The notes under the pieces: generated by a model
Database searches by the model: none
What the model saw: the letters and a program-made list of their open reading frames with translations, nothing else
What the model was told of the DNA's origin: nothing
Position numbers and translations under genes: made by a program
DNA from: an uncultured virus (IMG/VR IMGVR_UViG_3300028593_000715)
Taxonomy: Duplodnaviria; Heunggongvirae; Uroviricota; Caudoviricetes
DNA length: 20,000 nt
Virus record (IMG/VR): IMGVR_UViG_3300028593_000715
Direction: 5' to 3' (one strand)
Shown: positions 7,908 through 16,311 of the stretch, piece after piece
How positions within the stretch are numbered: position 1 is the first letter of the stretch
Layout: the number at the start of each line of letters is the position of its first letter

Positions 7908-8968
7908 TGGCGATAAATGTACTAAGTATATTTTCCGGCGGTGGTGGTATAGACTGTGGCTTCCGTAAAGCAGGATTTGAAATTGCTTTTTCTACTGATT
8001 TCTGGGAGCCCGCATGTCAGACACTTGAAAAAAACCATAGTAGTAAGCTGGTTAAGTGCTGCGATATACGAAAAGTAAATTATGAACAAGAATTAGCTTC
8101 AATTGGGATGAAGCTTTCTGATATTGATGTATTAGCAGGAGGCCCGCCGTGTCCTGCTTACTCAAAATCTAGATTTTACAGAACAGATAAGAAACGAGCA
8201 TTGGAAGATGAGAACTCATTTACTCTTTACGAGTACTTCCGTGCACTCGAAGAAATACGTCCGAGAGTTTTCTTTTTCGAGAATGTCTTTGGCTTTGTTT
8301 ATAAGCCACACAAAGCAGCATTCGATTTGCTGAAAGAGCGAGCAGATACACTCGGCTATGACATTAGTTTCAAAGTGATAAACACTGCAAACTATGGTGT
8401 TCCACAGATTCGAGAACGTTTCATTTGTGTAGGAATAAAGCGAGGCTTCGGTTCTCCTTTCGTTTTTCCTGACGAAACACATTATAATCCTGAAAAAGGA
8501 ACTCCACTTGACAGCAATATGCGTCCGTGGGTAACTTGTGGAGAAGCTATAGGTGATTTAGATTATGATCTTCCCGAGGACGTGAATATGCAAGCAGGCT
8601 CAAAGCATAAAGACCTTCTGAAACTTGTGCCTCCGGGAGACAACTATCTTTACTTCACTGCGGAAAGAGGCTATCCGAATCCGATTTTTAAGTGGCGTTC
8701 GCGTTATTGGTCGTTTTTACTTAAATTGTCTCCGGAAAAGCCATCATGGACGATACAGGCAAGTTTTTCAAATAATATGGGACCGTTCCACTGGAAGAAT
8801 AGATTCCTCAGAATTAATGAAATTAAACGTATACAAACTTTCCCTGATGACTATGAATTCTGCGGAGATTTCAGAGATCAGTGGCGTCAAATCGGAAATG
8901 CAGTTCCGCCTCATCTTGTTGAACAGATTGCATCTGAAATTGAAAAACAATACTTTACTGAAAAATAG
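7907..8968 (+). CDS. DNA (cytosine-5)-methyltransferase M2
   Basis: FSGGGG, GGPPCPAYS, FENV, QIRER, QTFPD, QIGNAVPP; TAATG overlap with M1. Confidence 0.95.
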   Translation: MAINVLSIFSGGGGIDCGFRKAGFEIAFSTDFWEPACQTLEKNHSSKLVKCCDIRKVNYEQELASIGMKLSDIDVLAGGPPCPAYSKSRFYRTDKKRALEDENSFTLYEYFRALEEIRPRVFFFENVFGFVYKPHKAAFDLLKERADTLGYDISFKVINTANYGVPQIRERFICVGIKRGFGSPFVFPDETHYNPEKGTPLDSNMRPWVTCGEAIGDLDYDLPEDVNMQAGSKHKDLLKLVPPGDNYLYFTAERGYPNPIFKWRSRYWSFLLKLSPEKPSWTIQASFSNNMGPFHWKNRFLRINEIKRIQTFPDDYEFCGDFRDQWRQIGNAVPPHLVEQIASEIEKQYFTEK

Positions 8969-8979
8969 GGAGGTAAAAA

Positions 8980-10521
8980 ATGGCTGAATACTTATGGGCA
9001 AAAGCTGATGGCCAGATAATAGGAGCAGAATATAATCCCAGTACAGACACATTAAAAAACGACCAAGTACAGAATATTCTGCAAAATGCATTCACTCAAT
9101 TTGGTCATACTGCGACATGTAAGCCAGTGAGCAGCGATTTTGGCGAAGTTTATGAGATAATCTTAGACGGAGATACCGCAAAGCCAATTTATGTCTGTGC
9201 AAAAGGAACAACTCCCGGAGGTAGAGATAATTTAAAAGACGAGCAGCGCATTCAACAGAAAAAAGAACAGATTAATAAGGCATTTGATCTTTCTCAAAAA
9301 GGGTATCGTACTATACACCTTGGAGTCTATAGAAGAGAAAGTCAAATAATCTTTTGCGCATGGCTTTTGAAACACTCAGATGCAGCTCCGAATTCACCTG
9401 TATCGAAACAGATTAAAATCAAGACAATTGCAGATGCCATGAAGAAAGGTTTTGTAACACAAGAGAAGAAAGACAAAGCTGGGATGGAACTGGCATGTGC
9501 TTTTAGAAAAGAGTTCCTGTTCTTCTATCTTGAAAATTTCCGGTGGTTTCATAAGAAACCTATAACCACATTGACATCTCATACCACACCCTTACCGGAT
9601 AAAACATTTACTGGATTAAGGAAGGGGGAAAACATTTTATTATATGGTGTCCCCGGGTGCGGAAAAAGTCATACGATAAAGACGGAATTCTGTGATGATG
9701 AGAAATATATGGAAAGAGTCGTATTCCATCCAGACTATACTTCTTCAGATTTTATTGGCCAGATAATGCCAACAAATATTGATGGCCACATAAGCTATCC
9801 TTTTGTCCCGGGACCATTCACTCGTATTCTAAAAAAAGCCATCGCTGATAGCCAGCACGAGTATTTCCTTATTATCGAAGAAATAAACCGCGGTAATGCG
9901 CCGGCAATTTTCGGAGAAGTATTTCAGCTTTTGGACCGTAATGAAGGTGTCAGTGAATACGGAATATCTAATGCAGAAATTGCAAAAGAAGTGTATGGCG
10001 ATGCAACCAAAATGGTAAAAATACCTTCAAACCTATTCGTTCTTGCAACAATGAATACCGCCGACCAGAACGTATTCACACTCGATACAGCATTCAAGCG
10101 TCGTTGGTCAATGCGCAGCATAAAGAACGATATCGCAAACTGCGAGTATGCAGATAAAACTATATGCGGAACAACAGTTACATGGCGTTTCTTTGCTGAA
10201 ACTATTAATGAACTTATCATCAGACTTGGACAGAATAGTTTAAGCAGTGAGGATAAAAGGCTGGGTGCATATTTTGCCCGAGAAACCGAATTGAATAACA
10301 CTTCCGCATTTGCTGAAAAAGTTCTTATGTATTTGTGGAATGATGCCTTTAAATATGACCACTCTGCCGTTTTTAAACCAGAATACACTACATTAGAGCA
10401 ATTAATTGCGGGGTTCAAATCACTTCATTTCGGAGTTTTTCTTGATTCAATTGGGTTTGGTAATCCTGATTCGGAAACCGCATCAAACACTGACGAGCAG
10501 CAAGATCAAGGTGAAACCTGA
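8980..10521 (+). CDS. McrB-like AAA+ NTPase restriction subunit (LlaJI R1-like)
   Basis: Walker A GVPGCGKS, FHPDYTSSDFIG, Walker B IIEEINRG, McrB signature MNTAD, LDTAFKRRW. Confidence 0.92.
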   Translation: MAEYLWAKADGQIIGAEYNPSTDTLKNDQVQNILQNAFTQFGHTATCKPVSSDFGEVYEIILDGDTAKPIYVCAKGTTPGGRDNLKDEQRIQQKKEQINKAFDLSQKGYRTIHLGVYRRESQIIFCAWLLKHSDAAPNSPVSKQIKIKTIADAMKKGFVTQEKKDKAGMELACAFRKEFLFFYLENFRWFHKKPITTLTSHTTPLPDKTFTGLRKGENILLYGVPGCGKSHTIKTEFCDDEKYMERVVFHPDYTSSDFIGQIMPTNIDGHISYPFVPGPFTRILKKAIADSQHEYFLIIEEINRGNAPAIFGEVFQLLDRNEGVSEYGISNAEIAKEVYGDATKMVKIPSNLFVLATMNTADQNVFTLDTAFKRRWSMRSIKNDIANCEYADKTICGTTVTWRFFAETINELIIRLGQNSLSSEDKRLGAYFARETELNNTSAFAEKVLMYLWNDAFKYDHSAVFKPEYTTLEQLIAGFKSLHFGVFLDSIGFGNPDSETASNTDEQQDQGET

Positions 10522-11759
10522 TGTTAAGAGAAATATGTAAACTTGTGTCGTATGATGATGATTTTGTTGGACTCCATTTTATTGATAATAAGCCAGAAGT
10601 AGTGTTTCCACGTGGTTATTCAATATCAATAGATGATGATGATGTCCGGCGAGATATTCTTAGCCTGTTATCTGCAATTCAAAAGTATAGCGGTCAATGT
10701 AAAGGCAACAAGAATACAATGGAAAATGGAGATAATACTCTTGACTTTCCTATTTTATCATACCAATACATTATTCTTGATTTTCTTCAGAACGGCTACT
10801 ATACTGAAAAAGAGGTGCGTTATGTTGAAGCACCTAAAGGCAAAATCAACTGGAAAAGAACTATTCAAATGGAGAAGCCACATTTAGATGGTGACAACAT
10901 TGTTTATTTGAAATTTATTGTTAAGACGAATCAAATAAAACATGATCATTTGCTTACCCTTATTCATGAGTACTGCGTTTATGAAAGCTTTCGAAGATTG
11001 GGCTGGCTTTATGTTACTAGCAGCGTTCTTCCTCAAAAGCCACGTTTACCTCTAAATAAGACTCTTTTCTTGTCGGTGTTAAACTCTGAGATAAGTCAGA
11101 CCTTCAACGATAACAAGAAACGTCTTTTAAAAAGCATGATTAATATTATTACTGAAGCTTCTGAAAGTAGTGATGATAAAACTAAGGCAGCATTTGGTGT
11201 ACAGCGATTTGAATATGTCTGGGAAGCAATGGTCGATTATGTTTTCGGTGAAGACAATCGGGAACAGTATTATCCCAAAGCGCACTGGTATATTGTAACT
11301 CCAAACGGCTTTAAGGTCGAAAGTAGCGAACTGCGCCCAGATACTATTATGAAGCACAATGGAAAAATCTACATTTTAGATGCAAAGTACTATAAGTATG
11401 GCGTAACAAGAATTCCTGCTCATTTACCAACTACTGATTCAATTCAAAAACAAATAACATACGGTGATTATATTGCTCAAAAAGGATTTGCCCCAAAAGA
11501 AAAAATCTTTAACGCCTTCATAATGCCGTATTCCGGTTTAGGTAAAGATGCAATTCCATATAGTTTCGCAAGTGTAGGACTTGCCGATTGGCGTTCGTAT
11601 GAAGCAAACCCGAACAACTATGAATTTGTACTCGGCATACTTATGGATACTAAGCATCTCATCACTTCATATGTTAAACATAATATTGAGGAAATTGAAC
11701 GACTCAGCTTATTTATCGAAGGCGCTCTCGATCAATACAAGCTGTCCCAAAGGAGTTAG
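10521..11759 (+). CDS. LlaJI-family (McrC-like) PD-(D/E)XK restriction endonuclease subunit
   Basis: VVFPRGY, GKINWKRTI, FEYVWEAMVD, LRPDTI...ILDAKYY, SIQKQITYG, NAFIMP; TGATG coupling to the McrB-like gene. Confidence 0.9.
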   Translation: MLREICKLVSYDDDFVGLHFIDNKPEVVFPRGYSISIDDDDVRRDILSLLSAIQKYSGQCKGNKNTMENGDNTLDFPILSYQYIILDFLQNGYYTEKEVRYVEAPKGKINWKRTIQMEKPHLDGDNIVYLKFIVKTNQIKHDHLLTLIHEYCVYESFRRLGWLYVTSSVLPQKPRLPLNKTLFLSVLNSEISQTFNDNKKRLLKSMINIITEASESSDDKTKAAFGVQRFEYVWEAMVDYVFGEDNREQYYPKAHWYIVTPNGFKVESSELRPDTIMKHNGKIYILDAKYYKYGVTRIPAHLPTTDSIQKQITYGDYIAQKGFAPKEKIFNAFIMPYSGLGKDAIPYSFASVGLADWRSYEANPNNYEFVLGILMDTKHLITSYVKHNIEEIERLSLFIEGALDQYKLSQRS

Positions 11760-11762
11760 AAT

Positions 11763-12020
11763 ATGGATACACTTCCGTCAAAAAGTGAGTTAGCGGTTGT
11801 GGTTCTGGAGGTTCTTCAGGAACAAAGTCCTATGAAAACGGCTGAAATTAATGAAGCTGTTATCAAGAAAATGCAAATACCAGAACACCTACTTGAAATT
11901 GAAGATGCTAATTGCACCGGTTCTGAATTCAGCTATAGAATCAGATGGGCTCGCACACAGTTAAAACAAGAAGGCAAAATCAGTAATCCCGAACGCGGAG
12001 TATGGAAAATAAAAGAATGA
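11763..12020 (+). CDS. Stand-alone Mrr N-terminal (winged-helix) domain protein
   Basis: FSYRIRWARTQLKQEGKISNPERGVWKI matches the Mrr_N pattern; AAGGAG RBS; no catalytic domain. Confidence 0.8.
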   Translation: MDTLPSKSELAVVVLEVLQEQSPMKTAEINEAVIKKMQIPEHLLEIEDANCTGSEFSYRIRWARTQLKQEGKISNPERGVWKIKE

Positions 12021-12024
12021 TGTG

Positions 12025-12059
12025 ATCGCCAAGTGGCTTATAACCACTTGGCGATTTTT
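12025..12059 (+). terminator. Rho-independent terminator of the R-M operon
   Basis: ATCGCCAAGTGG-cttataa-CCACTTGGCGAT then TTTT, a few bp after the stop codon. Confidence 0.85.
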
Positions 12060-12113
12060 ACATTTTAACGAACACACTATAATTCAACGAACAGTCCCAG
12101 TTCGTTGAATTAT
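12060..12113. repeat. 14-bp perfect inverted repeat with 7-bp spacer plus a degenerate third arm
   Basis: ATAATTCAACGAAC-AGTCCCA-GTTCGTTGAATTAT (12079-12113); ACATTTTAACGAAC (12060-12073) matches the arm at 11/14. Confidence 0.75.
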
Positions 12114-12242
12114 GCACCCAGCCGCATTCAGCGTACAGGCGGCAGGACAAAAAAATAAGACCTTATCGGTCTGTCATTCGCAAAAAAGCCCAGAAATAGC
12201 GCCTATTTGCGGTATTCTTTGTATCAATCTCGGAACTGCTTT

Positions 12243-12818
12243 ATCCGCCATTTTCTCACCGATCACAGGGCGTATCATCTGAGCCATGAAATCGGTCACA
12301 GCACGGGGCGTGTAAAACTCACCAGCCGAGCCTGCACTCTGCAATTCTTTCAAGATAGACTCATAAATATCACCAAATGCGTGGCTTTCCTCATAATTGG
12401 TAAGGTCAAGCTCATCAATGACATTGACTACCTGTCGGAGCAGAACACCGTCCTTCATGTAGTTGTTGGTGTCCTCAAATGTTGTCTTGACGATAGCCTT
12501 ATTGATAGGCGTAGTCTTGGAAACTTGTATGCCTTTCAGTGTAGGAAACAGCGTATTATTGACGAAATCAAGCAGATCATCGCCTGTTAGTGCTGTACCC
12601 TTGCCGTCATCTACTGCCCAATTACGCCAGCGGCATTCTTCGGGAATGATAGACTCATAGGCATCATCATCAAATTCCCAATCTTCTTCCTTTGTGTCGT
12701 AAACCTTGAGAAACAGCAGCCAAGCGATCTGCTCGATACGCTGTGCATCACCGTTGATACCTGCATCGTTTCTCATAATATCCCGTAATCTCTTTACGAA
12801 ATTACCTAAACTGCTCAT
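12243..12818 (-). pseudogene. hsdM: Type I R-M methyltransferase HsdM, 5' portion only (about 192 native codons; ORF runs on to a stop at 12174)
   Basis: HsdM N-terminal domain (RDIMRNDAGINGDAQRIEQIAWLLFLK) and GEFYTPRAV. Sequence diverges at KMAD, where D-x-A-C-G-T-G-G-F is expected, then 22 unrelated residues. Confidence 0.9.
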
Positions 12819-13441
12819 TATTCATCCTCCTCAACAATAAACGGAAGCTTTATATCTGTTCCATATGCTTCGTTTATACGTTTTGTTTGCTCCAACATTA
12901 ACTTTCCAATCATAGCTCTTGTAGGATAAATCCTTTGTGGTTCATTCATATCTTCACTATATACAGATGCAACTACCGGAGGCATATGTAACACACCATA
13001 AGCAAATGGATCATTTTCATCAAGGATACCGCTTTCATTTGAAAATGAGTGATTCTTCAATGTATGATCTTCAACAGTTATCAGGGCAATTCCATGAGCT
13101 TTTGCGTACTGAATTGCACCACTTTGAAAATCACTTGTAGCAAGTAGTATTCCTTTATGAGCACCGATACTCTCAATTTTATCATGTAAAACAGCAACTT
13201 TTTCTCTGCTTACAGATGAAGTATATTGTTTACACTCACATAAAACCTTAAATTTTGAATTAAGTGCAGTAAATTCAGCATATACATCGATTTGATAAGT
13301 TCCGTCATATGTTTCAATTATTACATTGTGTGTAATTGTGAAGTCTTTAAGACCTTCTTTCTCAGCATATCCTTCTAAAATAGAATAACAATGCTTTTCA
13401 AAATCTGTAGGTGAGAGACCTAAAACATAGTCATTACTCAT
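12818..13441 (-). CDS. Mrr-catalytic-domain family restriction endonuclease
   Basis: DFEK...QIDV...ECKQY (PD-(D/E)XK), GAHKGILLATSDFQSGAIQYAK; visibly more AT-rich than the flanking hsdR and hsdM. Confidence 0.85.
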   Translation of the reverse strand: MSNDYVLGLSPTDFEKHCYSILEGYAEKEGLKDFTITHNVIIETYDGTYQIDVYAEFTALNSKFKVLCECKQYTSSVSREKVAVLHDKIESIGAHKGILLATSDFQSGAIQYAKAHGIALITVEDHTLKNHSFSNESGILDENDPFAYGVLHMPPVVASVYSEDMNEPQRIYPTRAMIGKLMLEQTKRINEAYGTDIKLPFIVEEDE

Positions 13442-15781
13442 TTAGGAGATCTCCTTGTAAATTTCTTGTTCCAGTTCGCGGACAGCCTGAATATAGCCGT
13501 CTTTTCCACCGAACAGCTTTACGATTGCGGCAGGCTTGCCCATTCTGATAAACGGATCGAGCTTCAACACCTGCGTATCCTCTATCTGATAGATGCCCTC
13601 GTTGGAGTACATTTCAAGCAGAGCTTCAATGACCTCTCTTGCCATTCCGCTGTACTTGCTGATAAAGTCACGCTTCTTCACATCATTCGCACGCTCTCTG
13701 CGTGTCAGCGGTTTCTTGTCGAACGCAACATGAATGATGAAATCAAAATCGTCAATATCGCCCATACCCTGTGATTCTTTCAGGGCTTGCAGGTCAATTC
13801 CGTGTTCCTTGAAAAGCTCGGATATGGTCTTTTTCTTTTCCTCACCGTTCCAACTTCTGATAAAATGCTCTAAGTCGGCGTATTCTCCGAGGATATTTGT
13901 TCTTGTATAGTCTATGATATTCTCATGTCGGAGGAGCTTGCCGTCGGCATCATAGACCGATACCACCTTGTTGATGATCCGGACAGTACAGCCGTTCACA
14001 TCGACATAGGGCTTCTCCTGCGGCTCAGGAGGAGGGAGAGGCGGATCGACAATAATATCCGGTCCCTCTTTCGGTTTCGGAGGGTGATAGTTAGGATCAA
14101 TTTCAACCGGACCGTCCCACTTTTCATCGTAGAACAGCCTTGTCACACCTCTGAAATCCATAACAACGAAGTGTGTTTTGCCTTCTTTTTCACGCAGTCT
14201 GGTTCCTCTACCAATGATCTGCTTGAACTCGGTCATAGAGCCGATATTCTCATCAAGCACGATCAGCTTTGTCATTTTGCAGTCAGCACCCGTAGACAGG
14301 AGCTTAGAAGTCGTAGCGATAACAGGATAAGGAGAGCCGACAGAGATGAAGTAATCGAGCTTGCTCTTGCCGTACTCGTCCGAGCCTGTGATACGCACCA
14401 CATAATCAGGATTCTGAGCAACCATATCCGCATTGAAGTTGACAAGAGCCACCCTCATACGCTCCGCAGCATCCTCAGTCGCGCAGAATACGATCGTTTT
14501 CTGCATACGGTCTGTGCTGATAAGGTAGTTCGTAATTTCAAGGGCAACCTGGTTGATTCTGTCTTGAATAATGATATTGTAGTCATAGTCGGTATTGTTG
14601 TATATCCTGTCCTCAATCTCGTTGCCGTAATAGTCACGCTGTCCTTTCAGCGGTCTCCAGCCGTCACTAATGTCTGTTGTGATGCTGATGACCTTAAACG
14701 GGGCGAGAAATCCGTCCTCAATGCCGTTTTTGAGGGAGTATGTGTAGATCGGTTCGCCAAAATACGAAATGTTAGAAGTATATGTTGTCTCCTTCGGAGT
14801 AGCGGTCATACCGATCTGTGTAGCCGAGGAGAAGTATTCCAGTATCCTGCGCCACTTACTGTCCTCTTTTGCACTACCTCTGTGGCACTCGTCTACGATG
14901 ATAAGGTCAAAGAAATCCTTGTCGAAAAGCTCAGAGAAATGCTCCTTATCATCATCACCGATCAACTGCTGATATAGCGAGAAATAGACCTGATGTGAGG
15001 TGATAGTGGTTTTGTTATCCTTAGCAACATTGATCTTGTGGATAACCTTTTCAAGCGGAGAGAAATCCTGCTGAATGGACTGATCCACAAGGATATTCCT
15101 GTCGGCAAGATACAGTATCTTACGCTTCATACCGCTTTTCAGCAAACGGTACACGATCTGGAACGCAGTATAGGTCTTGCCCGTGCCTGTTGCCATGACG
15201 AGCAGGAGTCTCATTACACCACGAGCAATAGCATCAACAGTACGGTTTACTGCTACACGCTGATAATATCTCGGCTCGTAGGTGTTCTGGCTTGAATAGT
15301 AAGGCTGGCTGATAACTGCAAGCTCATTTGCAGACAGACCTTGCCCGCCGTTCGCATTTGCCTTGTATCGTTCCATAAGCTCATCAGGTGTAGGGAAATC
15401 ATCAAGTGCGATCTCACGCTCCATACCTGTCAGCATATCGTGTTCATAGAAAGCATCACCATTGGAGCTGTAAACGAAAGGTACATCCATCATTTGAGCA
15501 TAAGCGATAGCCTGCTGTAAGCCGAATGATACGCTATGGTTGTTGTCCTTAGCTTCAACGATCGCTATGGGGAAACTGCTGCTCCAATACAGGACATAAT
15601 CGGCAAACTTGGCACTTTTCTTATCACGATGAACAAAGTTACCGTTCAGACAGATCTTACCGTCGGTGATCCTTGTTTCCATTGTAATTCTGCTTTTATC
15701 CCATTTTGCGAGGATAGCAGGAGTGATATATTGAAGTTTAATATCTTCCTCAGACATTTCTTTTTTTGAGAGTATGGTCAT
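13442..15781 (-). CDS. hsdR: Type I restriction enzyme R subunit (EcoAI/EcoEI-like)
   Basis: Nuclease ADYVL...VEAK, MATGTGKT, DECHRG, MTATP, QIIGRGTR, EcoEI-type C-terminus (LTRRERA); GGAGGTG RBS. Confidence 0.95.
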   Translation of the reverse strand: MTILSKKEMSEEDIKLQYITPAILAKWDKSRITMETRITDGKICLNGNFVHRDKKSAKFADYVLYWSSSFPIAIVEAKDNNHSVSFGLQQAIAYAQMMDVPFVYSSNGDAFYEHDMLTGMEREIALDDFPTPDELMERYKANANGGQGLSANELAVISQPYYSSQNTYEPRYYQRVAVNRTVDAIARGVMRLLLVMATGTGKTYTAFQIVYRLLKSGMKRKILYLADRNILVDQSIQQDFSPLEKVIHKINVAKDNKTTITSHQVYFSLYQQLIGDDDKEHFSELFDKDFFDLIIVDECHRGSAKEDSKWRRILEYFSSATQIGMTATPKETTYTSNISYFGEPIYTYSLKNGIEDGFLAPFKVISITTDISDGWRPLKGQRDYYGNEIEDRIYNNTDYDYNIIIQDRINQVALEITNYLISTDRMQKTIVFCATEDAAERMRVALVNFNADMVAQNPDYVVRITGSDEYGKSKLDYFISVGSPYPVIATTSKLLSTGADCKMTKLIVLDENIGSMTEFKQIIGRGTRLREKEGKTHFVVMDFRGVTRLFYDEKWDGPVEIDPNYHPPKPKEGPDIIVDPPLPPPEPQEKPYVDVNGCTVRIINKVVSVYDADGKLLRHENIIDYTRTNILGEYADLEHFIRSWNGEEKKKTISELFKEHGIDLQALKESQGMGDIDDFDFIIHVAFDKKPLTRRERANDVKKRDFISKYSGMAREVIEALLEMYSNEGIYQIEDTQVLKLDPFIRMGKPAAIVKLFGGKDGYIQAVRELEQEIYKEIS

Positions 15782-15835
15782 AATTGCACCTCCACTTCCG
15801 ATAAGTCTAAATTATGCGAAGTTATACTTGGTAAT

Positions 15836-15864
15836 ATTATACCACAATCTGCACAAATAGTCAA
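15836..15864 (-). promoter_or_regulatory. Predicted sigmaA promoter of the hsd operon
   Basis: TTGACT, 17 bp spacer, TATAAT with extended TG (TGgTATAAT) on the minus strand. Confidence 0.75.
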
Positions 15865-15919
15865 TCGCTCCGCAACGAAAAATCTATATTTTTCACTGGG
15901 CTTTTGTTTCATAAGAATC

Positions 15920-15962
15920 TGAAAAGAGCTACACTATCCGTTATTTGGAAAGCATAGCTCTT
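15920..15962 (-). terminator. Possible terminator after the 76-aa ORF
   Basis: AAGAGCTA...TAGCTCTT inverted repeat (15924-15962) with a short T tract on the minus strand. Confidence 0.4.
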
Positions 15963-15998
15963 AGGGTAATTATTGTATTAGTCGGTTAGATCGCCTTG

Positions 15999-16229
15999 TT
16001 ATTCCTGAATTTCTTTCATCAATGCCGCACCGTCCTTGAAGCCAACCTTATATGCTGCCCTCATCTCGGCGGCGGCAGTCTCGCTCACGCAGTCGAGGAG
16101 CTTGTGAAACACATCAATCTGCTCCTCGCTCAGCGAATCTTCAAAGGGGATACAGAGCTTGTTGAACTCGTCAGAGAACTCGGCGGAGTGGATTTCGCCC
16201 TGTCTGTAATTGTACATCGCATCAATCAT
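15999..16229 (-). CDS. Small hypothetical protein (DUF6809-like)
   Basis: AAAGGA RBS; C-terminal AYKVGFKDGAALMKEI pattern seen in small Clostridia proteins. Confidence 0.65.
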   Translation of the reverse strand: MIDAMYNYRQGEIHSAEFSDEFNKLCIPFEDSLSEEQIDVFHKLLDCVSETAAAEMRAAYKVGFKDGAALMKEIQE

Positions 16230-16311
16230 TTGTATCTGTCCTTTCGGTTTTATTGTTGTAAAACCAACCGTCCGAACATTACCAAATAATCGTTGCTAAG
16301 GTGTTGCTTAC

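Larger units (their letters stand above)
1..12242. mobile_element. End of a prophage-like/integrative element with defence cargo (extends left of the window)
   Basis: Phage replication-module genes plus AT-rich cargo. Right boundary inferred from the break in hsdM. No integrase for it is visible in the window. Confidence 0.55.

Noticed and set aside
12174..12242. Group II intron interrupting hsdM
   Set aside because: No GTGYG 5' end at the junction, and no reverse transcriptase or domain V seen.
13925..14977. 350-aa plus-strand ORF
   Set aside because: Antisense shadow of hsdR.
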